Positions 10,417-20,339 of a DNA stretch of 64,000 bases are shown here, piece after piece. The number at the start of each line of letters is the position of its first letter. Position 1 is the first letter of the stretch. Both the position numbers and the translations under genes were made by a program. Below the pieces are notes generated by a model. It saw nothing but the letters and a program-made list of their open reading frames with translations, was not told where the DNA came from and did not search any database. Source of the DNA: Alphaproteobacteria bacterium (GTDB lineage: Bacteria; Pseudomonadota; Alphaproteobacteria; JAPOUT01; G958296285); contig CBDBUR010000002.1 in the NCBI GenBank assembly GCA_965212115.1, positions 817,658 to 881,657 on the forward strand. Reading direction: 5' to 3'.

Positions 10417-11282
10417 CGAATAAAAAAGAAGTGATGGCTTTTCAAGGCGAGCGGGGCGCGAACTCACACCGGGCGTGTCGGGCCTATGCGCCTGCCATGC
10501 GCGCTGCGGCCTATCCGACATTTGAAGATGTGTTTGAAGCGGTTGCGCAAAAAAAGGCGCAAGCGGCGATGATCCCGATTGAGAACTCTCTTGCTGGCCG
10601 GGTATCGGCGATTCATCATCTTTTACCGCGATCGGGGCTGCATATTGTCGGTGAACATTTTGAGAAAATTTCTTATGCTTTATTGTGTCTGCCCGACGCG
10701 CAGAGCGGTGAGCTTAAATCGGTCTATAGTCATATTATGGCTTTGGGACAATGTCGCGGGATCATTCGTGAGATGGGGCTTGTTCCTGTCGCGACGGGCG
10801 ATACGGCGGGCGCGGCGCGCGAGGTCGCCGAAGCGCAGGACCGCACACAGGCAGCGATTGCGCCTCAAGACGCCGCCGAAATTTACAGCCTGAAAGTGCT
10901 GCGCGATCATATTGAAGATCACGAACATAACATTACGCGCTTTTTGGTTCTTGAACGCGAGGCGCAGGAAATATCGACAGATGTATCAACAGATGATCGG
11001 ATGATCACAAGTTTTATTTTTCGTGTGCGCAATGTTCCGGCGGCGCTTTATAAAGCGCTTGGAGGCTTTGCATCGCATGGGGTCAATATGATCCGGCTTG
11101 AAAGCGGTCAAATTGAATATCCGTTTCATGTGACGCAATTTTACGCTGACATTGAAGGCCATTTAGGGCAAAGCAATATCATCGGCGCGATGGATGAGCT
11201 CAAATTTTTCAGCGAGACGGTTGATATTCTCGGCACCTATCGTGAGAGTCCGTTTCGCGCTAAAATACGCAAAACAGATTAA
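10413..11282 (+). CDS. pheA: Prephenate dehydratase
   Basis: FQGERGANS, PIENS, NITRF, C-terminal ACT domain. Confidence 0.93.
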   Translation: MTNKKEVMAFQGERGANSHRACRAYAPAMRAAAYPTFEDVFEAVAQKKAQAAMIPIENSLAGRVSAIHHLLPRSGLHIVGEHFEKISYALLCLPDAQSGELKSVYSHIMALGQCRGIIREMGLVPVATGDTAGAAREVAEAQDRTQAAIAPQDAAEIYSLKVLRDHIEDHEHNITRFLVLEREAQEISTDVSTDDRMITSFIFRVRNVPAALYKALGGFASHGVNMIRLESGQIEYPFHVTQFYADIEGHLGQSNIIGAMDELKFFSETVDILGTYRESPFRAKIRKTD

Positions 11283-12193
11283 AATCTTTCGATAAAAGCG
11301 TGAATCAGGCGATGCGCGATGGCCATAGGCGGCGGAATCTGCGCGGGCGCATCGGAGGCCTGCGCGATCATCTGTTTCAATGCTCCCTGAGTGAACCATT
11401 GGCCTGCTTCGAGCTCAATGCCATCTATTTTGAACCGCTCATGTTTGGCTTCGGCCAGACAGCCGATCATCAAAGAATGGGGCCAAGGCCAAGGCTGTGC
11501 TGAATGATATTCCACTTTGCCCACATCGATCTGTGCCTCCTCCCAGCTTTCGCGGATGACGGCTTCTTCGATTGATTCGCCGGGCTCGATGAAGCCCGCA
11601 AGCGCTGAATAAAATCGCGGCGGCCAATTTTTCTGACGTCCGAGAAATCCTTTATCGCCATGATGGATCATCATGATGACAACCGGATCAGTGCGTGGAA
11701 AATGCTCTTTTTGGCACGATGCGCAATAGCGCTTATGGCCAGCATCGGTGGATTGTGTTGTCTGTCCGCATCTGGGGCAAAAAATATGATTGCGATGCCA
11801 TTCGATAAGCGCGCGCGCCTGCGCGGCGATCGCCAAATCTCCCTGCGATAGTTTCTGCTCAAGAGCGAGGCCGCGCACCTCTAAGAAAGCTCCGAGCCCG
11901 GCCAAAGCGCCCTCTTCTTCAGGATGAGTATCGTCGCGCAAAGGGCAGGCAAAATGCGCCTGCTCACTGTGGTCCATGCCGAGAAAAATCATGCCGATCT
12001 GCGGGTCGGGCGCGATGAGCCCCGGTCGCAGCAGGCCGAGAGTCTTCGCGCCTATCGGCATAAACACCTGTCCACGCCATAAAGGCAAGACGAGTCCAGT
12101 CTTGCTTGCGGCGCTGATCCATGCCTCTTCGTTGCGGCGATAGGTTGCGCGATCCAATGGGCTATTGGCAAAGATGTTGGGCAGATTCGACAT
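11279..12193 (-). CDS. nudC: NAD(+) diphosphatase (Nudix)
   Basis: CPRCG..CASC Zn ribbon, FPRTDP, GFIEPGES..EE Nudix box, QPWPWP. Confidence 0.92.
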   Translation of the reverse strand: MSNLPNIFANSPLDRATYRRNEEAWISAASKTGLVLPLWRGQVFMPIGAKTLGLLRPGLIAPDPQIGMIFLGMDHSEQAHFACPLRDDTHPEEEGALAGLGAFLEVRGLALEQKLSQGDLAIAAQARALIEWHRNHIFCPRCGQTTQSTDAGHKRYCASCQKEHFPRTDPVVIMMIHHGDKGFLGRQKNWPPRFYSALAGFIEPGESIEEAVIRESWEEAQIDVGKVEYHSAQPWPWPHSLMIGCLAEAKHERFKIDGIELEAGQWFTQGALKQMIAQASDAPAQIPPPMAIAHRLIHAFIERF

Positions 12194-12228
12194 GATGCCA
12201 TATTGCCGCAATCAATGCCTCTTGGCCA

Positions 12229-12237
12229 TGCTATAAT
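12229..12237 (+). promoter_or_regulatory. Extended -10 promoter element upstream of dnaX
   Basis: TGCTATAAT followed by GGAAGGGAG SD-like sequence and ATG at 12263. Confidence 0.5.
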
Positions 12238-12262
12238 TAAGCAGGATGGAAGGGAGACTTCG

Positions 12263-13603
12263 ATGACAACCAGCCAACAAACTTCTTTATTGCCTGAAAC
12301 CGCCGCAGACGCCAAAGCCACGCCGCCGCCTGTCGCGGCGGCTGCGGATGGGGCCTCTTATCGAGTTCTTGCGCGCAAATATCGTCCAGTCAATTTTGAT
12401 CAGCTCGTCGGGCAGGAGGCGATGGTGCGGACTTTATCTCATGCGTTTGCACGCAATCGAGTGGCGCACGCGATCATGCTCACAGGCATGCGCGGCGTCG
12501 GCAAAACGACGACGGCGCGGATCATCGCGCGCGCAGTCAATTATACCGACGAAAACGGCGCGGCGCAGCCGAGCATCGAGATGAAGCATATGAGCAAACA
12601 ATGTCATGACATTCTTGAATCGCGCCATGTCGATGTGATCGAAATGGATGCGGCGTCGCGCACGGGGATCGGCGACATCCGCGAGATCATTGACAGCGTT
12701 GCTTATCGTCCGGTGATGGCGCGCAAGAAGGTTTATATCATTGACGAAGTGCATATGTTGTCGACGGCGGCGTTTAACGGTCTGTTGAAGACTTTGGAAG
12801 AGCCGCCGGATCATGTGATGTTTATTTTTGCGACGACCGAGATTCGCAAAGTTCCGGTGACGGTTTTATCGCGCTGCCAGCGTTTTGATTTGCGCCGTCT
12901 GGCATTGGACGAGACTTTGATTTTATTAAAGCGCGTTCTTGGAGAAGAGCAGCTTGAAGCTGAAGAAGCGGCATTACTTCTTTTGGCACGCGCTGCCGAG
13001 GGGGCGGCGCGTGATGCGTTATCTTTATTGGATCAGGCGATTGCGCATGGCGACGGCAAGATCACAGAGGCGAGCACACAAGATATGCTGGGTCTTGCCG
13101 GACGGGCGGAGATTCTCGATCTGTTTGACCATATTGCATCGGCGGCGCCATTAGACGCACTCGAAGATTTACGCAAGCGCTACGATCATGGAGCTGATCC
13201 ATTGCTTGTGCTGTCTGATCTTGCGGATGTGACGCATTTTCTGACGCGGCGCAAGCTCGCGGGCGAGACCGCCGAAGATTACAAGCTCGCGAGCGGCGAC
13301 AGAGAACGCGCGGGTCAAATGGCGCAAAAAATTTCACTTGAGAGCTTGACGTTGATCTGGCAGATGCTGCTGAAGGGTTTGGAAGAGACGCGGTTTGCGC
13401 CAGATCCGATGGCGGCGGCGGAGATGGCGATCATTCGGATTTCTCACGCGCAGACTCTTCCCAGTCCGGCGCAGCTTGCGGAAAAATTATCGCAAAAGGC
13501 GCAGATAGAGGCTGGGGGCGATCAATCTCAAGCGCCTTTTGTTCAAGCGGTGATGGATCATTTTCCCGGCGCGGAAATTATTGATCCGGCAACGAAGCGC
13601 TGA
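12263..13603 (+). CDS. dnaX: DNA polymerase III subunit gamma/tau (short form)
   Basis: YRVLARKYRP, GMRGVGKTT, IIDEVHMLS, SRCQRF. Confidence 0.95.
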   Translation: MTTSQQTSLLPETAADAKATPPPVAAAADGASYRVLARKYRPVNFDQLVGQEAMVRTLSHAFARNRVAHAIMLTGMRGVGKTTTARIIARAVNYTDENGAAQPSIEMKHMSKQCHDILESRHVDVIEMDAASRTGIGDIREIIDSVAYRPVMARKKVYIIDEVHMLSTAAFNGLLKTLEEPPDHVMFIFATTEIRKVPVTVLSRCQRFDLRRLALDETLILLKRVLGEEQLEAEEAALLLLARAAEGAARDALSLLDQAIAHGDGKITEASTQDMLGLAGRAEILDLFDHIASAAPLDALEDLRKRYDHGADPLLVLSDLADVTHFLTRRKLAGETAEDYKLASGDRERAGQMAQKISLESLTLIWQMLLKGLEETRFAPDPMAAAEMAIIRISHAQTLPSPAQLAEKLSQKAQIEAGGDQSQAPFVQAVMDHFPGAEIIDPATKR

Positions 13604-13604
13604 G

Positions 13605-14195
13605 ATGGGCTCAGCGCCGCTGGAGATGTTGATATCGCTTTTAGCGCGTTTGCCGGGTTTTGGGCCGCGCTCGGCGCGGCGCGCAGCGCTTCATATAGCG
13701 ACTCACAAACATAATCTTTTGACGCCCTTGCATCGAACGTTGGGCGAGCTTGCGGATAAGATCATTTTTTGCGAAAGCTGTTTTATGCTCTCGACGCAAT
13801 CGCCGTGCGAGATCTGCGCGGATGAGCGTCGGCTCACGAGCAGTCTGTGCGTTGTTGAGACCACGAGCGATGTCTGGGCGCTGGAGCGCGCGATGGCGCA
13901 TCGTGGGCGTTATCATGTTCTTGGCGGTGCGCTCAATGCGCTCGACGGGATTGGGCCGGACGATTTGCATATTGAGGCTTTGGTTGTGCGCGCACGGGCG
14001 CCGATCACGGAGGTCATATTTGCCACGAGCGCGACGATCGACGGACAGACGACGGCGCATTATCTCGCCGAGCGTCTTGCGGATCATGATGTCGAGCTTT
14101 CACGCTTGGCGCGCGGCGTTCCGATGGGCGGCGAATTGGACTATTTGGATGACGGCACTTTGGCTGATGCGATGCGCCAGCGTCGGCCTTTTTAA
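13605..14195 (+). CDS. recR: Recombination mediator RecR
   Basis: LPGFGPRSARR HhH, CESC..CEIC Zn finger, TOPRIM, GGELDYLD. Confidence 0.95.
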   Translation: MGSAPLEMLISLLARLPGFGPRSARRAALHIATHKHNLLTPLHRTLGELADKIIFCESCFMLSTQSPCEICADERRLTSSLCVVETTSDVWALERAMAHRGRYHVLGGALNALDGIGPDDLHIEALVVRARAPITEVIFATSATIDGQTTAHYLAERLADHDVELSRLARGVPMGGELDYLDDGTLADAMRQRRPF

Positions 14196-14198
14196 TTT

Positions 14199-14978
14199 TC
14201 AGGCCATATCTTTGCGCTTGCGGGTTTCGGCGAACACATCGACTTCTTGCGCGTTGACCATGCCCAATGTTTTTTGGAGATTTGCACTCATTGGCCGCAA
14301 GAAAGGGTTGGTGGCTTTTTCGAGTCCGATATTTGTCGGCACGGTGGGTGTGTTATTGGCGCGCAGCGCGTCGATTTGTTGCGCGCGTCGAATGAGCTCC
14401 TGATTGTCGGGCTCGACCGTCAGAGCAAAACGCGCATTGGCCTGTGTATATTCATGGGCGCAATAGACGCGAGTTTCATTGGGCAGGCGCATCAATTTTT
14501 GCAGCGAGTCCCACATTTGGACGGGCGTGCCTTCAAACAAGCGGCCGCATCCGAGCGCGAACAGAGTATCGCCGACAAAAATTAATCCGGCGGCGGCGAA
14601 ATAATAAGCGATATGTCCTGCGGTATGGCCGGGCACATCAAAGATGACGGCTTCTTGTTTTCCGAGCTTGACGCGATCATTTTCTTTGAGCGGCACGTCG
14701 AGACCGGGGATTTTATCTGCTTCTCCGGCTGGACCGAAGATTTGGCAGCCGGTTTTCTCCTTGAGTTCGAGATTGCCTCCAGCATGATCAAAATGGTGAT
14801 GGGTGTTGAAAATGAAATCAAGCGTCCAGCCTTTTTGCGCGCACTCGTCCATGATGCGATCGGGGTCAGGGGTGTCGATCGCGGCGGTTTGGCCGGATAT
14901 AGGCTCGTGCGCGAGATAGCCGTAATTATCCATGAGGCAGGGGAATTGGTGGACTTCAATTATTTTAGGATTTTGCAT
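14199..14978 (-). CDS. gloB: Hydroxyacylglutathione hydrolase (glyoxalase II)
   Basis: DNYGY, THHHFDHAGG, GDTLF..GCGR, CAHEYT, EKATNPF. Confidence 0.95.
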   Translation of the reverse strand: MQNPKIIEVHQFPCLMDNYGYLAHEPISGQTAAIDTPDPDRIMDECAQKGWTLDFIFNTHHHFDHAGGNLELKEKTGCQIFGPAGEADKIPGLDVPLKENDRVKLGKQEAVIFDVPGHTAGHIAYYFAAAGLIFVGDTLFALGCGRLFEGTPVQMWDSLQKLMRLPNETRVYCAHEYTQANARFALTVEPDNQELIRRAQQIDALRANNTPTVPTNIGLEKATNPFLRPMSANLQKTLGMVNAQEVDVFAETRKRKDMA

Positions 14979-15603
14979 TTTCTTGCTCTCCTTTTTTCAA
15001 GACAAAGATCGCCTGTTCGGCAAGCCAATTAGCCATGCTGCCAAGCCGCAAGCGGGGTCTAATGCTATCAGAAGATAGGGCTAAAAAAGTTCCGATGACG
15101 AGTTTCATTTGATGGCATAGGCTGACGAAATCGGCGATGGTGCATAGATGGACATTGGGGGTATCGTGCCATTGATGGGGTAAAAGTAGACTAACCGGCA
15201 TATGGCCATGAAACAAGAGGTCAAACCGCACGCGCCAGAAGCCGAAATTGGGCAAAGAGACGATTGCATAGCGGCCGATTCGGAGCATATTCTCGAGCAC
15301 AGCGGCGGGTCTATGCATAGCCTGTATGGTTTGGCTCAAGATCACATAATCGAAGGCGCTGTCAGGGTAGTCATCGAGGTCGGTTTCGGCGTTGCCTTGG
15401 ATGACATTGAGTCCGCGCGCGACACAAGCATTGACTCCGGTCTGGCTGAGTTCTATGCCACAGCCATGGACGCGGCGTTTTTTTTCCATCAAGACGAGCA
15501 GGTCGCCATTGGCGCAGCCAATATCAAGAACGCGGCTGCCTTGTTCGACGAGGTCGGCGACGATTTCTAGGTCGATTCGTTTTTCTTCATGCTGGTTCAT
15601 CAT
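14965..15603 (-). CDS. metW: Methionine biosynthesis protein MetW
   Basis: VLDIGC SAM-binding, ILSQTIQ, WHDTPNVH; downstream of metX. Confidence 0.92.
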   Translation of the reverse strand: MMNQHEEKRIDLEIVADLVEQGSRVLDIGCANGDLLVLMEKKRRVHGCGIELSQTGVNACVARGLNVIQGNAETDLDDYPDSAFDYVILSQTIQAMHRPAAVLENMLRIGRYAIVSLPNFGFWRVRFDLLFHGHMPVSLLLPHQWHDTPNVHLCTIADFVSLCHQMKLVIGTFLALSSDSIRPRLRLGSMANWLAEQAIFVLKKGEQENAKS

Positions 15604-15605
15604 GT

Positions 15606-15637
15606 GATGCCTTATATGATGCCTTATGAGATGCCTT
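15606..15637. repeat. 12-bp-period micro tandem repeat (GATGCCTT core x3) across the metX stop / metW start
   Basis: GATGCCTT at 15606, 15618, 15630. Confidence 0.85.
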
Positions 15638-16799
15638 GGGCGCGGGCGGCGGCGTCGATGAAGCCGCGCAGAGTTAAAAACATTTCTGGCTCATCGAGCA
15701 GGAAGGAATCGTGTCCGCGATCGGTGGTGATTTCAACGAAGCTGACATCGGCAGCAACCGCATTGAGCGCGCGAACGATCTGACGGCTGTCGGCGGTTGG
15801 GAAGAGCCAGTCGCTGGTGAACGACATCACACAAAAACGGGCGCGCGCTTTTTCGAAGGCTTTGATGAGGTTATCGTCATAATCGGCGGCGAGATCGAAA
15901 TAATCCATAGCGCGGGTGATGTAGAGGTAGCTGTTGGCATCGAAGCGATCGACAAAGCTCATGCCCTGGTGGCGCAAATAAGATTCAATGCGAAAATCAG
16001 CATCGAAGCCGTAGGTGATTTCGCCGCGATCTTGCAGTCGGCGGCCAAATTTTTGCGCGAGCGCAGTCTCCGACATATAGGTGATATGCGCGGCCATGCG
16101 CGCGACCGCGAGTCCTTTGACAGGGATTGCGTCATGATCCATATAGCGGCCGCCATGCCAATGGGGATCGGCCATGATGGCCTGCCGCCCGACTTCATGG
16201 AAAGCGATGTTCTGCGCCGAGTGTCGCGCTGCGGTGGCGATCGGGACGGCGGCGAAAACTCTTTCGGGACAGCTCACCGCCCATTGCAAGACCTGCATGC
16301 CGCCCATCGAGCCGCCGATCACGCAAAGCAATTGATCAATGCCGAGGCGATTGATGAGCTTTTGCTGCGCGCGGACAATGTCGGCAATGGTGATGGTCGG
16401 GAAACTGAGTCCATAGGCTTGGCCGGTCTGAGGATTGTGCGACGGCGGTCCGGTCGAGCCCATACATCCGCCGATGACATTCGCGCAGATGACGAAGAGG
16501 CGGTCGGTATCGAGGGTGAGTTTCGGGCCGATCATGCGCGCCCACCAGCCTGGCTTTTGGGTTGCAGGATGAGGGTTGGCGGCGTACTGATCGCCGGTGA
16601 GCCCATGACAGACGAGCACGGCGTTATTTTTGGCATTATTGAGCTGGCCGTAGGTCTGGTAGGCGAGGTCAAAGGCGGTGAGTTTTGTGCCACAATCGAG
16701 GGTCAAAGCCTCGCTTTGATCAAAATGTTCGACCAAGCTTGTGCTTTGCGCGGTTTTTTCATTTATTTTGGCTCGATTTGCAGCTTTGTTTGTGATCAT
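15624..16799 (-). CDS. metX: Homoserine O-acyltransferase (MetX family)
   Basis: VCHGLTG, GGSMGG nucleophile elbow, FDANSY, GHDSFL. Confidence 0.95.
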   Translation of the reverse strand: MITNKAANRAKINEKTAQSTSLVEHFDQSEALTLDCGTKLTAFDLAYQTYGQLNNAKNNAVLVCHGLTGDQYAANPHPATQKPGWWARMIGPKLTLDTDRLFVICANVIGGCMGSTGPPSHNPQTGQAYGLSFPTITIADIVRAQQKLINRLGIDQLLCVIGGSMGGMQVLQWAVSCPERVFAAVPIATAARHSAQNIAFHEVGRQAIMADPHWHGGRYMDHDAIPVKGLAVARMAAHITYMSETALAQKFGRRLQDRGEITYGFDADFRIESYLRHQGMSFVDRFDANSYLYITRAMDYFDLAADYDDNLIKAFEKARARFCVMSFTSDWLFPTADSRQIVRALNAVAADVSFVEITTDRGHDSFLLDEPEMFLTLRGFIDAAARAQGIS

Positions 16800-16857
16800 G
16801 GTGTAATTTATCCTCTCTCTTTCTTTTTTGTGCAACCCGCTTTAAGAATAGCAGAAG

Positions 16858-17619
16858 ATGGACTCAAAACCTTCTATATCTTCGACTTCTTCGTCAAGGC
16901 GGTCTGTATCTGAGGTTCGCGCGCGGATTGACGCGATCGACGCGCGGCTGCATGAGGCGCTGCTTGAGCGCATGGATTATATGCGCGAATTGGCCGAATT
17001 GAAGAGAGAAGATGTTGAAGGGCAGCTAGTTTATCGTCCGGGGCGCGAGGCGCGGCTGTTGCGGCGGCGCGTGGCGGCGCATCGCGGCGAGATGAGTCTG
17101 ACGACTTTGGTTCAGATTTGGCGCGAGGTGATATCGGAATCTTTGCGTGTGCAGCAGACTTTGAACGCGCGCGCGCTGCCTGTGATTTTAGTATCACCGA
17201 AGAATAGTCAACAGGAAGAAACTTTGGCGAGCGCGCGCGGCTGGGCGGGGGCGGGGGCGGCAATTAAGATCATGCCCAAACTTGAAGACTTTTTTGCGCA
17301 AATGGATGGCGATCCGGCGACGATCGGGTTGGTTCCGGTTGCGCTGCCGGGCGCATGGTGGCAATCGATGAGTAATAAGATTCATGGGAACATTCATAGG
17401 AAGATTCATATCGTGGCGCGCTGGCCTTTTATTGCGGCGACTCACATTGCGCCGCTTTATGTTCTTGCCAATATGCTGCCGGAAGATTCGGGCGCTGATC
17501 GATCGCTTTACGCACAAGACGAGAAGATCGTTGAGATCGAAGGTTTTGTTCTGCCCGATGACGCCACCGCGCCTTCAGGGCATTTTTTAGGCTGTTATGC
17601 GCGCGCGTTAGACGAATGA
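16858..17619 (+). CDS. Chorismate mutase (AroQ domain plus C-terminal extension)
   Basis: VRARIDAID..RPGRE..WREVI; precedes hisC and tyrC. Confidence 0.8.
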   Translation: MDSKPSISSTSSSRRSVSEVRARIDAIDARLHEALLERMDYMRELAELKREDVEGQLVYRPGREARLLRRRVAAHRGEMSLTTLVQIWREVISESLRVQQTLNARALPVILVSPKNSQQEETLASARGWAGAGAAIKIMPKLEDFFAQMDGDPATIGLVPVALPGAWWQSMSNKIHGNIHRKIHIVARWPFIAATHIAPLYVLANMLPEDSGADRSLYAQDEKIVEIEGFVLPDDATAPSGHFLGCYARALDE

Positions 17620-18719
17620 CACATTTTGCTCCCCATAAGGAGATTTTCAAGATCAAGCTTTATCAAGGAGGTCTCAGGACATTTCCCGGGGTTCAACATC
17701 CGGTCAAATTATCGTCCAATGAGACGCCGCTCGGACCGAGTCCGAAAGCGATCAAAGCCTTGAAGCGATCGAGTCAAGAGCTTGCGCTCTATCCGGAAAG
17801 TTCGGCGCTATTGTTGCGGCAAAAAATTGCGAAGCGCTTTGGGATGAATGAAGCGCAGATTATTTGCGGCGCGGGGTCGGATGATCTTTTGCAGCTTCTT
17901 GCGCGGATTGCGCTGCGTCCGGGCGATGAGGGCATTCACACGCAGCATGGCTTTTGCCTTTACCCGACTTTGATCCGCGCGGTGGGCGGTGTTCCTGTGG
18001 CAGCGGCGGAAACAGACCTCTGCGCTGACATCAGTGAGATTCTCAAATGCGTGACAAAAAAAACGAAAATTGTTTTTCTGGCCAATCCGAACAATCCGAC
18101 CGGCACCTATCTGAGCTTGACGGCGCTCAAGACTTTGCGCAAGAAATTGCCGCAGCATATTTTGCTTGTCATCGATGCGGCCTATGCGGACTATGTCGCT
18201 CATAATGATTATGATTCCGGCATTGAACTCGTCAGAAAATCTAACAACGTCGTCATGACGCGGACATTTTCCAAAGTCTATGGACTCGCTGGCTTGAGGC
18301 TGGGCTGGGCCTATGCGCCGCCGAAAATTGCTGCTGCGCTAAATCGGATTCGCGCGCCATTTAATGTTTCGTCATCGGCTTTGATGGCGGGGCTTGCGGC
18401 GTTTGATGATGTCTCTTGGACACAAAAAGCGCTGCGGCATAATCAGAGGTGGAAAAATTATCTCCAAGACCATTTATCATCTCTCGGCCTTGTCGCGACT
18501 TCGTCGGCAGCTAATTTTCTGCTGCTGCGATTCAAAAATAAAAAGATGGCGCTCGCCGCATGGCGCTGGCTCGGTGAAAAAGGATTGATCCTGCGCCGCA
18601 TGGAAGAATATCACCTCAACGATTGTTTGCGCGTGAGCATCGGCAAAGCGCATGATAATCACAAGCTCGTCAAGGAGCTCAAAGCTTTCATGGAGACTCA
18701 AAGGAGCAGCAAAAAGTGA
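17616..18719 (+). CDS. hisC: Histidinol-phosphate aminotransferase
   Basis: KLSSNETP, NPNNPTG, RTFSKVYGLAGLRLG PLP lysine. Confidence 0.93.
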   Translation: MTHFAPHKEIFKIKLYQGGLRTFPGVQHPVKLSSNETPLGPSPKAIKALKRSSQELALYPESSALLLRQKIAKRFGMNEAQIICGAGSDDLLQLLARIALRPGDEGIHTQHGFCLYPTLIRAVGGVPVAAAETDLCADISEILKCVTKKTKIVFLANPNNPTGTYLSLTALKTLRKKLPQHILLVIDAAYADYVAHNDYDSGIELVRKSNNVVMTRTFSKVYGLAGLRLGWAYAPPKIAAALNRIRAPFNVSSSALMAGLAAFDDVSWTQKALRHNQRWKNYLQDHLSSLGLVATSSAANFLLLRFKNKKMALAAWRWLGEKGLILRRMEEYHLNDCLRVSIGKAHDNHKLVKELKAFMETQRSSKK

Positions 18720-19639
18720 GCGCGCCGCTCTTTAATCGCATTGCTTTGATTGGGCTGGGTTTGATCGGCTCATCTTTGGCGCGAATCATTCGCCGCGAGA
18801 GGCTCGGCGCGCAGATTGCTGGCTGGACGCCTTCTGAAGCCACGCGCGCGCGGGTTCGCGCATTAGACCTCGTTGACGATCTCTATGGCGATCTCGGCGA
18901 AGCGGTGGCGCAGGCTGATCTTGTGATGTTCTGCGCGCCGCCGGGCGCGTTTGAAGAGGTGGCGCGCGCGATCAAAGATCATTTGAAGCGCGGCGCGATT
19001 GTGAGCGATGTCGGCTCATTCAAGCAGAAGGCCATAGCCGACATTGCGCCTCATCTTGGGTCGGACATTCATTTTGTGCCCGGCCACCCGATCGCCGGAA
19101 CTGAGCATTCAGGGCCTGATGCCGGTTTTGCCGAATTATTTGCGCGGCGTTGGGTGATCCTGACGCCGCTGGACAGGCCGGACGCAGCCTATGATGAAGC
19201 GGTTCACAGGGTCAAGGCGTTGTGGGAGCAAGCGGGGTCGAAAGTTTCGCTGATGACGCCTATCCATCATGATCGTTTATTGGCGCTCACGAGTCATCTG
19301 CCCCATGTGATTGCGTGGGCGATCATGGCGGCGTCTGAAAATGCTGACAAGATTTCCGAAAAAGAAGTGATTGATTATAGCGGCGGCGGATTTCGAGATT
19401 TCACGCGGCTGGCTTCATCTGATCCGATCATGTGGCGTGATGTGCTGATCGGCAACCGCACGCCGGTGCTTGAGATGATCGATCTGTTCATCGGCGATCT
19501 ATCCAAACTACGCGCGGCGATCGAAAAGTCTGACGGTGATTTTCTTCAAGAGCTTTTTTCGCGCACCCGCGACATTCGCCGAAAGATTATTCAGGCGGGC
19601 CAAGAGACTTCAGCACCCGACTTTGGCCGCAAGCTCTAG
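18716..19639 (+). CDS. tyrC: Prephenate/arogenate (cyclohexadienyl) dehydrogenase
   Basis: GLGLIG Rossmann, DVGS, HPIAGTE, SHLPH, FRDFTR. Confidence 0.9.
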   Translation: MSAPLFNRIALIGLGLIGSSLARIIRRERLGAQIAGWTPSEATRARVRALDLVDDLYGDLGEAVAQADLVMFCAPPGAFEEVARAIKDHLKRGAIVSDVGSFKQKAIADIAPHLGSDIHFVPGHPIAGTEHSGPDAGFAELFARRWVILTPLDRPDAAYDEAVHRVKALWEQAGSKVSLMTPIHHDRLLALTSHLPHVIAWAIMAASENADKISEKEVIDYSGGGFRDFTRLASSDPIMWRDVLIGNRTPVLEMIDLFIGDLSKLRAAIEKSDGDFLQELFSRTRDIRRKIIQAGQETSAPDFGRKL

Positions 19640-20329
19640 AGATTTTTCTTCGATTGCCGTTTCGAGGTTTTTCATGAAAGCGCGGCGATCAAGGCCGGGG
19701 GAGATCGCGGGCAAGAAATGGACTTGCACACAGCCCGCATGTCGCAGAAAGGATCGGCGCGGCCAAAAAAATCCGGAATTGAGCGCCACCGGCACACAGG
19801 GCAGATTCAAACCTTTATAAAGCGCGGCGACGCCTGACTTATAATCAGCGCGCTGGTCTGGCAGGGTTCGTGTGCCTGTCGGGAAGATCCAGATTTTGCG
19901 ACCGCGCTGCGCATTTGCGCGCGCGCGGCGCAGCAAATGGCGCAGAGCTTTTGGCCCTGATCCTCGATCTACAAAAACGACTCCTGATTTCCATAGGCTC
20001 CAGCCAAAAAAAGGAATCCAAAATAATTCTCGCTTGGCGATGAGATCCATTTCGGGCAGAATATGATAAAGCGCCACGGTTTCCCACATGGATTGATGGT
20101 TGCTGGCGATCAAGCAGGAACCGGCGGGAATATTTTCGAGGCCGCGACATTCATAAGTTATTCCGGAAATATATTTTAATTCCTGCAAAACGAGCCATGA
20201 TCCAAACTTGATATAAACATTCATCGCGGCGCGCGGCAAAAGAAGAAGGGGCGCGCTCAAAATGCTCCATAGAGCTCCAGTTGCATAAAAAACAGGATTA
20301 AAAATAACAGATCGCAGAAAAATGAGCAT
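19610..20329 (-). CDS. plsC: 1-acyl-sn-glycerol-3-phosphate acyltransferase
   Basis: NHQSMWE, FVDRG, IFPTGTR (FPEGTR variant). Confidence 0.88.
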   Translation of the reverse strand: MLIFLRSVIFNPVFYATGALWSILSAPLLLLPRAAMNVYIKFGSWLVLQELKYISGITYECRGLENIPAGSCLIASNHQSMWETVALYHILPEMDLIAKRELFWIPFFGWSLWKSGVVFVDRGSGPKALRHLLRRARANAQRGRKIWIFPTGTRTLPDQRADYKSGVAALYKGLNLPCVPVALNSGFFWPRRSFLRHAGCVQVHFLPAISPGLDRRAFMKNLETAIEEKSLELAAKVGC

Positions 20330-20339
20330 GATGAATTTT

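Noticed and set aside
12194-12262. SRP RNA (ffs) upstream of dnaX
   Set aside because: Spacer too short and lacks the SRP domain IV hairpin
13300-13603. Programmed -1 frameshift in dnaX
   Set aside because: No A AAA AAG slippery heptamer or long A-run seen
16800-16857. SAM riboswitch upstream of metX
   Set aside because: Only about 58 bp of AT-rich divergent spacer; no recognisable aptamer
15711-16913. 400-aa plus-strand ORF
   Set aside because: Antisense shadow of metX; no recognisable motifs
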